Shown here one piece after another: positions 12,017 through 23,742 of a DNA stretch of 64,000 nt; positions within the stretch are counted from its first letter, which is position 1, and each line of letters opens with the position of its first letter. A model generated the notes under the pieces. The model saw nothing but the letters and a program-made list of their open reading frames with translations, did not search any database and was not told where the DNA came from. The stretch is from Somniosus microcephalus (Eukaryota), in assembly GCA_052327205.1 (NCBI GenBank), contig CM126216.1:60264001-60328000 (forward strand). The letters run 5' to 3'. Made by a program: the position numbers and the translations under genes.

Positions 12017-12200
12017 GGGGTGAAATTTGTCTCTGGTGGTAGTGTAACATGAGCGATAATGAATTAACAGCCCCATTTTACACTGCGCCCAATGTTCTTT
12101 TCCATTGAAGCCAATGGAAAATTTATCGGCTACCGTGTAAAATTGGCTGCCGATTCACTATTGCCCATTTTGCGCTACCATTGAAGACGAATTTCACCCC
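12017..12200. mobile_element. Palindromic MITE, Harbinger-type
   Basis: TIR GGGGTGAAATT...AATTTCACCCC; central TTTTCCATTG-AAGC-CAATGGAAAA; flanks AGT/AGC. Confidence 0.8.
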
Positions 12201-13144
12201 AGCGCTCTACATCTCTACCAGCACCCACGTATTCTAGCATATAGCAGCAATATTTTGAAACATTTTTAATGTGACTGCTGGCAGAGCAGCACTCAAGCCA
12301 TTACACATTCAGCCATTTTCAGTGTTTGTGGAATCACAACCGAAAGTCTTGGCTTTTATGGCATTAAGTCACCTATTGTAACACTACATCACTTCCTGAA
12401 TCCACATTTGACTTAACTTGAGCTTTTTTTAAAAAAAAAACTTGGTTGGATTAGGTCCAAAGCAAAGAATAAAAAAGAAACATTTTTCAGGCAAATATTT
12501 TGACACCACATTCATCATATTGAGCAGTGCAGGGGTTTGTGTTTGTTAAAGCAGACACCCGGCCACCATGTATATAACAAATTACACTGACAAAATAAGT
12601 CTCGAGTTGTATTGTGGATAATAAACCTTTACATTATTTTTCTGTTGGCTTTCAAATGATTTTTCCAGAAATTATCTAGTTTGGTATATAAATTTGGTTG
12701 ACTCTTGTTGGCTGGAATTTTAAAGGAAATATTCATGTATGGTCCAGTACTGTGGGACAATCTGAGCAGGAGATTTTATAATGTTCCCCATTAACGCTTC
12801 CCATGCCATTCTTCTCTCCATCCTCAACCAATGTTGCTATTGAGTTGCCTGCATGAAGGTGCAATATATGTTCGATGTTGAATTTATTTTCTCTCCCTTG
12901 GCATCTGGTGTCTTCCTCATGGAAGATCAAGTGATACTGCATGCTCCAGTACACCCTCTGAAATATTCCAGAGAAATCCATTAGAAGCCTGTTAGCAAAA
13001 ATCACACAGTGCTGAGCTCCAAGTCTGTAGATTGTAGATTTGAGCCCAAATAGACGTGAGGCATTCTCTTTTGTAAAAGGGGAAACATTGCCACCATCTG
13101 CATTGTGCTGCTTGAATCATGTCACATGCTGAGATAGATAGAAG

Positions 13145-13320
13145 AAAGGCCTCCCAAGGCACTTTACAGTCAATGAAGTACTTTTGAAGTGTATTCACTG
13201 TGGTAATGTAGAAAAGGCAGTAGCCAGTTTGCGCACAGCAAGGTCCCACAAACTGCAATGTGACAATGGCCAGATAATCTGTTTTAGCGATGTTGGTTTA
13301 GGGATAAATATTGGCCAGGA
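13145..13320 (-). mobile_element. DeuSINE fragment
   Basis: Reverse complement of the Deu-domain/tail segment (CACAGCAAGGTCCCACAAAC...AATATTGGCCAGGA). Confidence 0.75.
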
Positions 13321-14575
13321 GAGATGACATTGATATGGTTTGTGAAGATATCTGTGGACTTAATACATGAGGACATCAGGACAGAAAAATGGAAAATGCG
13401 GAGGTGGCTGCGAATACACAGTCATTACTGAAAGAACAGAGACCTGGAGCAATGCTCTCAGTTTGCATTTAGCTGTAGACCACTCTTAAATATGGCAATT
13501 CAGAATACCAGGGTAACAGCACATCAGTATATTGGCATCCATGCTGTGTACCTGAAAGGGCGATTTTTGAGTCCACTTATTGTTTACATAGAAACAAAGT
13601 GGAGTTAATACAGTCACATGACATAGATAGAGTTCTCAAGTCCTGGCGGAAGCTACTTTGATGCTGCATGTGGATGAGGGTCTGCCCGTTAGGTATCCCA
13701 TCATGAGTACCAGTACAGTATCTCATCGATCATGGTCAGCGCTATGAATGAGCGTTACCAGCTGGCCAATTTGCAGGGGTGAGGATGATGTACAAAAATG
13801 CAGAGACGTTTTTAGGTTGTTTATTTTTTCCCAAGAGAATGAGCTGCTATAAAAAGGGATATGCAGGGTTAAAATAAATGAATTTACGCAATAGCATAAA
13901 GCCCACACAGAAAGGGACATGTGCATTCAAATACATTTGTATTCAGTGCAAACACCTTAATTTGTATGCATAGAATCTAGTTCGTGAGGGATGGTAAAAA
14001 GAAAAACTGTCCCTTTAAATATTCATTTTTGTGCCTGTTTTAGTAGAGAACGAAAGTATGTCTTTCAATCGCTCCCCATCGAGGTCAAGATTCCTCGCTG
14101 TAGTCGATGACTTTTTTAAATAGACCTTAGCCACATCTGTCCAGCAGAGCATGCTGGCTGCTGCGAGGGTAAGGACCTTTAATGGACCCTAAACTCATTC
14201 AGCAACATTATCTTGCCCAGCTGTGAGTGAGCTGAAATTTTCCAGAATGTGACAATCATCAGCGGATGTCATCTAAAAAGATTCCTTTTGGTGGCTTGGA
14301 GAGAAGAAAAAAATTACAATGCTGTTTTTACAGTCACAAACAATTAGCAATCTGTTGAAAAGAAGGCAGCTATTAAATTAAAAAGGAAGGACTATTCATA
14401 TCTGTGTGGGAACTTAATCAGGCTCTCATTTCCAATGCTGATGACTCCACTGTTGCCCGAGGTACAGTGGAAGAAAGCCCCTTTTGTGTCTTGATAATGT
14501 GGAAGTGATAAAGTTTCCTATAGCAGACATATGTGTTTACATCACAAGATGTGTTGTTTGACAAAATGCTTTGTT

Positions 14576-14655
14576 CTGTGTGTGTGTGTGTTCCCCCCCC
14601 CCCCCACCCCCACCTCTTCCGCTCGCTCTCTCTCTCTCTTTCTCTCTCTCACACA
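14576..14655. repeat. Compound microsatellite (TG)n, poly-C, (TC)n
   Basis: Directly visible. Confidence 0.85.
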
Positions 14656-15099
14656 TTCTTTCTTCTATAGCGTTCCATGCAGAATTCTTTGCCTGGAAGC
14701 ACTTTAATCAGCTGCAGAATTTTTTTTTCACCCTCCCGAAAATAGTTGCTTTTGTTAACTGGAATTTGATGCAACTCTTTCAGCAACAGTCTGTGTGCAC
14801 TAGGGCTGTAAAATAGGCACCAATTTATTTAAGGCTGTGCTTTTTCGCTATTAGTTGAGAGCCACAATCCTAAACAACATCTTGCTCGAGGGCCATTCTC
14901 AAGAATGCTTCAACACACTGCACTATGGTGTGATGAGATGTGGGTCTGTGTCTGCAGTTCTCCACACAGGGAGCTCCTGATTTCAAATGTGTCATCCTGA
15001 ATAGTTGTCAAGTTAAAGTCAAGTACTTAACCATAAGAAAGGGGGTTGCGGGGTGGGGGGGGGGGGGAGGGAGAAATGTTCCAATACTTCCATGAAAAC

Positions 15100-16045
15100 T
15101 TGTCTCTGCCTGTTGGCACATCTCTTACAGCTGCACTTATGAAATCCCAACTGTCCAGCCTCTGGCCCTCCATTCACCATGACATTTCTGCAGCTACCGA
15201 TCTGCTCAACCACACCCTCACCACCACCTTTGATGCCCTAGTCCCTATTAAAACAATTACCCTCGCTCACCCTGGCCGCTCCCCCGGTACAGCCCACATC
15301 TTCGCTCCCTTAAGTCCAAGGGACACAGACCTGAACAGATATGGTGGACAACTGGTTTAGCCATTCACCGCCAGATCTGGCTGGACCACATAAAGCATTA
15401 TCGGGTCCTGCTCTTGTCTCCCAAAATTGCTCACTATTCCAGAATCATTCAGGAATACAAAGATAAACCCCGGCTCCTATTCTCCACTGCTAACCGTCTT
15501 CTTAAACCCCTCTCCCCTGTCTCCTCCACCCTTGCCTCCGACAACAAGTGTGAGGAGCTCATAGACTTCTTTGTCTCTAAGATTGAGGCCATCCGTTCAG
15601 CTGCCTCTGCCATTTCCCCTACTTCCCCTAGCCCACCGGGTGAAACTTCCTCTGAGGTTCCCTCCTGTCCTAGCCCTCAACTCACATCTTTCTCCATTTT
15701 CTCTCCAATCTCCCCTCATGACCTCTCCGCGCTCATCTTGTCCATGAGAGCCACTTCCTGCTCCCTCAACCCTATTCCTACCAAACTGCTGACCACCCAA
15801 CTTCCTTTTCTGGCTCCCATGTTAGCTGACATTGTTAATGGTTCTCTCTCCTCAGGTACTGTCCCCCTCTCCCTCAAATCTGCCGTCATCACTCCTCTCC
15901 TCAAAAAAACAACCCTTGACCCCTCCGTCCTTGCAAACTACCGCCCCATCTCCAACCTCCCTTCTACTCCAAAGTCCTTGAATGTATTGTCACCTCCCAA
16001 GTCTGTGCCCAACTTTCCCGCAATTCCATGTTTGAATTCCCCATG
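15100..16045 (+). mobile_element. L2-type LINE ORF2 internal fragment
   Basis: C-rich; PRLLFSTANRLL, NPIPTKLL, SLSSGTVPLSLKSAVITPLLKKTTLDPSVLANYRPISNLP; frameshifted. Confidence 0.85.
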
Positions 16046-16773
16046 TTTGAGTGCCTTGATTACTAACAACAGCTCTTGAGTTCTACCATCAGCAGGGACG
16101 ATTTTCTTTAACACAATACTGGGAAATGAAAAATTTTATTAAGTGACTGGCTTCTGAAGATGAAAAAAATCCATTACTTATAGGTCTGACCCCTATCTAA
16201 CTGGATTTATATTTGATTTATACTTAACTCAATTTAGAGCATTACTGCTAAGAGAAGCCAACTTTGACACAGTTAATACAGGGGCAGCAAGTTTTTTCAC
16301 CAAAACTTCTCGTTTCTCCAAGTTTCAAAAACACTGAATTTTGAAAACTCCGTGAAAGTGCGTGAACATTGATACAAACGGACTGTCTGGAAAAGGTTGG
16401 AGTCTCTGCCATGTTGCCACCTCTGCTGCTATAGCAATTGTTTTGGAGAGGAAGGAATGTCTGTGAAGGGGAGGTGTGACAAAGCAGTAATGGAATTAGG
16501 ATGGATTTTTGGATTCAGTCAGGTAATTGCACAAATACCTCCAGTAGACTGGGGTTGTCCTCTGGCTAGAGAGATACCCCAAACTGTGCCAGAGTAACAC
16601 ACTCTGGGTCTGCGTTTGCGGTCCGTGAGAGCAGAAGGAGTTTTGTTGCCGGTATTTTTTTTCTAAGAATACACGTATCTCATTTTTAAAAAGGAAAATG
16701 TCAATCTTATGCAAACATGTTGGAAATTTGATTAGGTAATCTAAATGTACCAATCAGAAGCCAAACACTCACT

Positions 16774-17186
16774 GGCCTGGAAATTTTTGGGCCGGCCAAG
16801 GGATTACGGTAAGTGTGGCGGGGGGTTGGAGGGGGGTGGTGGGATCGGGAGGGATGTGAGCTTTAATTTGGAGCCAGGAGGAGCATTCCTGCACCTCCTG
16901 GCTCCACATTCAGGTGGGTTTTATAAACTTACCCATGTCCTCCCTGGTCACTTTAAGGACTGCTGGTCAGGCTGCTGTAGAAACAACAAAAAATCAGAGT
17001 TTGCATATTTAAAATGGGCCAACAGTGCTTTCAAGTGACTGCCAGGGTGCCTGGAGGCAGAACTGTCCAATATAGCATTGACCATGCCACTGCATATCGG
17101 GCACAGGACCTTGCGCCCAGAAACTGGTATATGCTGTGGCCGTTTTATGCCCAAAAAAGGGGTGAAACGCATAACAATTTCTAACC
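16774..17186. mobile_element. Non-autonomous Harbinger-type element
   Basis: ACT on both flanks (16771-16773, 17187-17189); ends GGCCTGGAAATT and AATTTCTAACC; internal hairpin GGAGCCAGGAGG...CCTCCTGGCTCC; shares blocks with 41900-42435 in the opposite orientation. Confidence 0.65.
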
Positions 17187-17526
17187 ACTGTTTCAGACCA
17201 AGCTCATCCGCCTTTTGATGGCATTTCCTTCATCAAGGGTCCCACTACCCTCCTCCAGGCAGTCATCTGCCCGAAGCCATTGGGACTTTCTGGAGGTCAC
17301 CAGGTAGCTTAACCGCTGCCCGGCATTCGGCTTCGACCAGTCACAGGTAGTGCTGTGTATTGTCATTACGGTTACATATTTTAACACCTGACTCTGAGTT
17401 AATTCGTTTACCAAAAGTAAAGTTAATTAGTTATTATAAGTATCTGGGTGTAAGCACTCCAGGTACACTGGTCTAGAATGAACACAGCAAGATGAACAAG
17501 CCCAAAACTAAACTTGTAAGCTCTTT

Positions 17527-17826
17527 TCTAGGGGGCTCACAGTCTCAGAATAAGGGGTCAGCCATTCAGGACTGAGATGAGAAATTTCTTCACTCAAAGG
17601 GTTGTGAATCTTTGGAATTCTCTACCCCAGAGGGCTGTGGATGTTTAGTCATTGAGTATATTCAAGACAGAGATTGGTACATTTTTGGATACTAAGGGAA
17701 CCAAGGTATTTGGGGATAGTGTGAGAAGGTGGAGTTGAGGTAGAAGATCAGCCATGATCTTATTGAATGGTGGAGCGGGCTCGAGGGGACGAATGGCCTA
17801 CTCCTGCTCCTATTTCATATGTTCTT
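17527..17826 (+). mobile_element. CR1 3' fragment
   Basis: Closely matches 4665-4960; ends CTCCTATTTCATATGTTCTT. Confidence 0.9.
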
Positions 17827-17882
17827 GCATTTATTTACACCTGCAATTTCACTCGCTGGCGGGTCATTACAGAAAAAAACAA

Positions 17883-18402
17883 GGGGGAGAAATTCCCCTC
17901 GAGCTCCATTTGGGGGCGCTAAATCAGAAAAGCTGGAAAAGTTAGCGCCAGGCACTAACCTCTTCCAGCGTCTCTGAAATTCCCATTTTTTGCTCCAAGA
18001 GGAACGTTGCGCACTAAATCAAGCGCTCCACTTCCTTCTTCGAGTGCAAGAGGAGGGGAAGTTCATGTCCTGTGCGCACCCGGGGTGAGGTGCTCAGCAG
18101 CGCCACGCATGGCCAGGCGTGGCGCTGCCGTGTTGCAGGGGTTCTTCCCTGAATTAAAGGGAAGAGCCCCACGCTGCGAACTCTGCAGTTTTTTTTAAAC
18201 TTACCTGGACCACCGGGGAGCGGGGGTGCCGTGCGATCAGCCCAGCAATCAAGCAGAGAGCCAGGCTGACTGATTGCGGCACGGACCTCGCGTCCGCAGG
18301 CGAAAAAATGTTTTTTAAAAGTCCGACTTTTTTTCAGGGCGGCCGGCCACCTCACCTTTAAAAGGCGCCCCGCTAGCTGCCGGTCGCCCTGATTGCGCCC
18401 CC
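17883..18402. mobile_element. GC/CpG-rich non-autonomous Harbinger-type element
   Basis: Left end GGGGGAGAAATTCCCCTC, right end GATTGCGCCCCC; no clear TSD. Confidence 0.6.
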
Positions 18403-18874
18403 TGCACATTATTACCATGCCATTACAACCCGTCAACTTTAACTCTTTCTGCAAAAACCTGTTCACTTTGCACATTTCCATCTTCATGTTATTGGTTTTC
18501 TTTTTGCTTCCCTCTCTGATAATAAACATTATCACTTTATTAACTTGTTGGGGGTGCAATAAATTCATTTGCAACTCATTGCCAAAACACATGTAAAAGC
18601 TTACTAAAAAAGGAAAGAAAACTAAACTTTTCTGTGTGTACTGAACCAAAACGTTGTGAGCAGCCCGGCAATAGAATTATTTGTAGAATGCAAACTATTT
18701 TCTTATTAAAAAAACCGAAATCTCAATTTAGCTTCATCACTTGATGACTGTAAACATTTCTCAGGAGGATGTTTTTTTTTAATCCCCTTGTCAATGCATT
18801 CTAAACTTATTGAATTTAGGGTCTTTGGGTTCCTATGACAGCTGGAGAGCAAGCAGTTAAAATACAGAATACTT

Positions 18875-19125
18875 GGGGGGAGAAATTCCCCTCCTTTGCG
18901 CCTCCCATGGTGGGGCGCTAATGGGGCACAAAGGCCTTTTCGCCCGGGCGCAGCACTGACTGTGCCTCCCGCCAAATTCCACGGGAGGTTAGCGGCAGCG
19001 CTACCGGGTTGCACCCCAATCTCATGTGCCCGGAGATCGTGACGTCACCTCCGGGCGCATCGCCCCGGCACAAAAATGCCCCTTCGCCCCCTGCAGCAGC
19101 GCCAGGCGATGGCAGCGACCACAAC
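18875..19125. mobile_element. Related Harbinger-type end, truncated next to an L2 fragment
   Basis: Same GGGGGAGAAATTCCCCTC...GGGGCGCTAA start as the element at 17883. Confidence 0.6.
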
Positions 19126-19134
19126 CTAGCACCC

Positions 19135-19468
19135 TGAACTTGTACCATTTGCATCTTTGTGTTCCAATCCCTCCATGGTCTCACCTCTCCCTAACTCTGT
19201 AACCTGCTCCAGCCCTGCAACCCTCCGAGATATCTGCGCTCCTCCAATTCTGGCCTCTTGCACATCCCCGATTTTCTTCGCTCCACCATTGGCGGCCATG
19301 CCTTCAGCTGCCGAGGCCCTAAGGTCTGGAATTCCCTAAACCTTTCCGGCTCTCTCTCCTCCTTTAAGACGCTCCTTAAAACCTACATCTTTTGTCCTAA
19401 TACCTCCTTATGTGGCTCGGTGTCCAATTTACTATGTTAAAGGCGCTATATAAATACGAGTTGTTGTT
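19135..19468 (+). mobile_element. L2-type LINE 3' end
   Basis: STIGGHAFSCRGPKVWNSL...SFKTLLKTYIF C-terminus; tail AAAGGCGCTATATAAATACGAGTTGTTG. Confidence 0.85.
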
Positions 19469-20825
19469 TCGAGCACCGGTGGCAATGCACAGGATCACGC
19501 GTGCATTGGTGCTCCAACGTTTCTGACTTGCCTCCTCAGCACTGTAAAGCAGACGGCCCAAGAGACCCTCCTCAGCAATATAAACATGACACTAGGCGTG
19601 CAGTATATGACTAGGAGCAGCTCGAGAAGCTGTTGGTTTAATAAAGTAGCAAGCCTCAATTACACAAAGTGTAAAGAATGAAAGCAGAGTGTCCAATTAC
19701 ATAATAAATGTCTGCACAGTCTATCGAGGCAAAAAGAAAGCAATACCGATGGCTTTGGACGTAGCAAGTTGCTGAAGGAGGCGGAAACTGGCTGAGCTAT
19801 CTCCTGGTTTTAAATCAATAGCTGCCCAGGCCTAACTAGAACGGCAGTAGTCTACGGGGAACTGCCCTGTCCCCAAGGATCGCGCAGTCAGCAAGACACT
19901 ATTGTAATAGGCCTGAGACAAAGAAACTGAGGCTATTTATGTTGCTGTTAAAGCGTATCATGTGCTGATCACAAACAATAGCCAATTGTGAGTGAAAGGA
20001 GATTTTTAAACGTATTAGATGGCCCATGAATGTTTCTGAGCCTGCAAATCTTGCTTTTGGCTCATACACAGCTAATAATTTTAACTTAAAAATGTGAAAG
20101 CACTTGTATTTTAAAGCATATTTTTGGGCAAAAGGCTATTGTTCATCTGTTGGAACCTCCCTCGACAAACTATTGAGCTATTGTATTTCCCTCATGATTT
20201 GCTTATTTCTGTTTCCTTATCAACCTTTACATACACAAATCCCTTCAGAATAAATACTCCCAGCACGACATCTGGATGTCTGTGGGACAACATACTCGGT
20301 TGCAGTAGAAATACCACAGACACTGTATGATGAGGGTGGCTGAAGTGAATGCTGGCTTATATTAACTAGGTCATATGTGACGGGGAGGATTTGCAGCATC
20401 AGAAATTAAAATAGTATTGGTACAATTAGGCAGCCTTTCAAACATGAAATAAATAAATAACATAGCAAACCTCAGTATGTTACGGTACTACTGGGAGGAG
20501 AGATCATCACTATACTTTGCATTTCATAAATACCACAGTCATAAATCCTACACTGTATTACAACAATATGCGTTTAAATACATACAGTATTTCCTTGTCT
20601 GAAAATGTGCTTCCCCCCCCACCTCACTCAGCTTTCTGAAAAGGTGCTGATCCTTTCTGAGGTATTGTTACATAGGTGCCAAAAACCTTCCCCAAATGGC
20701 CATTAATCATGAGTGAACCTAGGCAGTATTGATTATCAGGCTATTCTACCATAGAGAACCTCATAACAAGAGGCACGAGCTAGCAATCAGGAAAAGGAAT
20801 TTTAAAGGTGGAGAGGCCAGTAATG

Positions 20826-21265
20826 TCGCCTCTGAGTCAGAAGATTGTGGGTTCAAGTCCCACTCCAGGAACTTGAGCACATAAAGCTAGGCTGACACTC
20901 CAGTGCAGTGCTGAAGGAGTGCTGCACTGTCGGAGGTGCCGTCTTTCAGATGAGACGTTAAACCGAGGCCCCGTCTGCTCTCTCAGGTGGGCATAAAAGA
21001 TCCCATGGCACTATTTCGAGGAAGAGCAGGGGAGTTATCCCTGGTGTCCTGGCCAATATTGACCCCTCAACCAACATAACAAAACCAGATGATCTGGTCA
21101 TTATCACATTGCTGTTTGTGGGAGATTGCTGGGCTCAAATTGGCTGCCACGTTTCCCACATTCCAACAGTGACTCCACTTCAAAAGTACTTAATTGGCTG
21201 TAAAGCGCTTTGAGACAGCCGGCGGTCGTGAAAGGCGCTATGTAAATGCAAGTCTTTTTTTTTCT
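20826..21265 (+). mobile_element. DeuSINE (SacSINE1/AmnSINE1-related), near full length
   Basis: tRNA-like B-box GGTTCAAGTCCC; Deu-domain-like core (GGAGGTGCCGTCTTTCAGATGAGACGTTAAACCGAGGCCCCGTCTG); L2-like tail AAAGGCGCTATGTAAATGCAAGT. Confidence 0.88.
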
Positions 21266-22353
21266 TTAAAGCCAACTTCGTTAACATAGGTTTGAAATGT
21301 CACCACCAATCTTGATAATGGCACCCACAGTGTGTCTTCTGTTTATTTGTTGTACAGAATAAGCTTTTTTAAAGAACAAAACTGATGTGGTAGAAATTGA
21401 TGCACTCCCAACGATGGGTTCGCAATTTCATCTTGGGCAGGAAGTCACCGCACTCTGCTCTTGATCACCTCCCAGCAGCTGAGTCTCAGCGCCTTGGGAT
21501 GTTTTATTATTAAATGGCCTTATATAAATGCAAGCTGTTGTTGTTGTTGAGTCAGAGTGGCAGTGGCAGAATTCGAAGAAGGTAATTGCCCAAATCCACT
21601 TCCAAGGTCAGGGAATGATATCATGGGGAGAAATGGGAACCAAAAGCAAGGTGGTAGGGGAACTTATAAAAATGTACAAAGTTAGGAACAAGAAAAAAAA
21701 TCCAACTCATCTGAGTTGTCCTGTTTATGTCCATGTTTGGCACATTCGGAGTATTTCCGCTTTCCCCCTGCCTCAGAGGCAAACCCGTATCTCTATGAAA
21801 ATAAGACATTGTGTGACTGATGACATGTTTTGGTTCACATTAGCAACATAAGTAGAGCTACTTGCAGTCATGTCAGTCCATGGAGATTCCTTATGCTTTT
21901 GTTATTGAAAGGATCCCTGCATCTGAGAGATTAAATAACAGCAACTGTGGCGAGACAAATCTCAAGAATAAGCTAATAATGTAGCTCACTGGAGCTATGC
22001 AGTTCCCCACTGGATGCAAATCCAGTGAACAAAGCTTTTCTTAATTCGGCTCTAATTGCGCAATGCCACTCAGGACGGCAATCATATCCAAGGGCAGGGG
22101 TTGTTCTTTTTGACACTTTGGTCTACTCTTACCATATAACCCATGGTTTTCAAACTTTTCTGTGTAGGGGACTCCCTGAAACTATTGACACATTCATGGA
22201 GGCTCCCTGCAAATATTCAACATATTTTTGGGAGGCTCTTCAAATATTGACACATGCCTGGAAACCTTTTTGCTTTGTCTTTCTCCCTGGGGTGGCGGTA
22301 GGTGGGATAGGTGGATGTGACTTGTTGCCTTGTGTTTATTTACTTCTCTTTGC

Positions 22354-22562
22354 TCAGAGAGTGATTAGAATGTGGAACTTGCTAAGACCTGGCGTGGTTG
22401 AGGCGAATAGCATAGATAAGTAGGTGAGGGAGAAGGGAATAGAAGGATATGGTGATAGGATGATATGAGGTAAAAGTGGGACCAGCCTTGTGTAGAGCAT
22501 AAACACCAGCATAGACCTGCTGGTCCAAATGGCCTGTTTCTGTGCTGTAAATTTTACGTAAT
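22354..22562 (+). mobile_element. CR1 3' fragment
   Basis: QRVIRMWNLL plus a 3' UTR ending GGCCTGTTTCTGTGCTGTA; same subfamily as the fragments at 28995 and 48862. Confidence 0.8.
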
Positions 22563-23592
22563 AAAATATTGGCACACTCACAGAAACCTCCATTCTAACA
22601 TCTGAAGGACAACGTCAGCTACTCAAAGGAAAACAGTGCAATCGTTGCAGAAAGCAATATTTTATTAGTATTTACACAGCAACAGAAATAATGTGCTAAT
22701 AAGTTAATAAGTACAGAAACCTGATAACAGACAGATATCTGATAATCTCAGGAAACGCTTGAGATCCCCTCACGGACTCCAGGTGAAGACCTGTGCTATA
22801 CCTGACTTGGTAAGCATGTGATTTGTCAACGGCAGTAGCTTGTATTTACATATGTGATTCGCATTCAAGAAGATGTCTAGAGCAGTGAACAAAAAGAAGA
22901 AAAGAGACCCAGTGGAACCTGAGTACGGGGAGTGAAAAGATAAATTGAGAGACTAGGCTGAGAAACCTATGGAACAGTCAAAGAGGGAGGGCGGTACCAA
23001 GGCAGAGGGGCCTGGGTAGAGAATTCCAGAGGATAGCAACACAGTAGCTGGACAAGTAGCCAGTAGTGGTGGAGCGGAGGAGTGCCAGTTAGTGCAAAGA
23101 GGAAACATATTCTATTCATCAGCACTGCCATCTCTCACCTTGACAACAGAAAATCATTAATGGAAATAAAGCAACAATTCATGGTAAATGAGGTAAGGGA
23201 CGTGAGGCAAACCTCAGAATGCAAATAATGCTGTCAGCATGTAGAATTATGAGCTTCACATTTATGTCATCTGACCTGTGGAATAACTATTTGCCTTGTA
23301 ACTCGTCAGCCAACTATATAAGTAAATGTCTTGTGGTAGTAAATATGCAACTTTTAAGCTTTTTAATATGTAGGGTTTGTTGCTGAATGTAATCACTCTA
23401 CAAATGCCTAATGTGAGAGCAAGTTGTCTGTGAATAAACAGCCTGGTTTGGTGCCCATTGATTTCAATGGGAGTGAATGGTGTGTTCCACTGTCGTGTTG
23501 CATATGTGTACGAGTTTCTGACACTCCTTCAGCAGACTATAGGTGAGTGAAGAATGCTGATACTCATGAGGTCTGCTCTCTCCCTCTTTTAG

Positions 23593-23742
23593 CAGTTGTA
23601 TGCAGCACAGCTAGCCAGTATGCAGGTATCTCCTGGTGCTAAGATCCCGCCTACTCAACAACCACCGAACCCGGCAGGCGCACTCTCCCCAACAGCTCTG
23701 AAAAATGAAAAGCACGGGACCAGCCCTGTAGCTCAAGTTAAG
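23593..23742 (+). CDS. SOX6: SOX6 (SoxD) internal coding exon, 150 nt, phase 0/0
   Basis: Polypyrimidine tract + TAG acceptor (AG 23591-23592), donor AAG|GTAGGT. Encodes [50 protein letters not shown], close to recalled vertebrate SOX6 ([17 protein letters not shown]...IKNEKRGTSPVTQVK). Confidence 0.95.

Noticed and set aside
17883-18402. CpG island or internal promoter
   Set aside because: CpG richness is confined within transposon-like termini shared with other repeats.
18014-18649. 211-aa minus-strand ORF
   Set aside because: Non-ATG start; it spans a GC-rich MITE and unique AT-rich flank; no recognisable domain.
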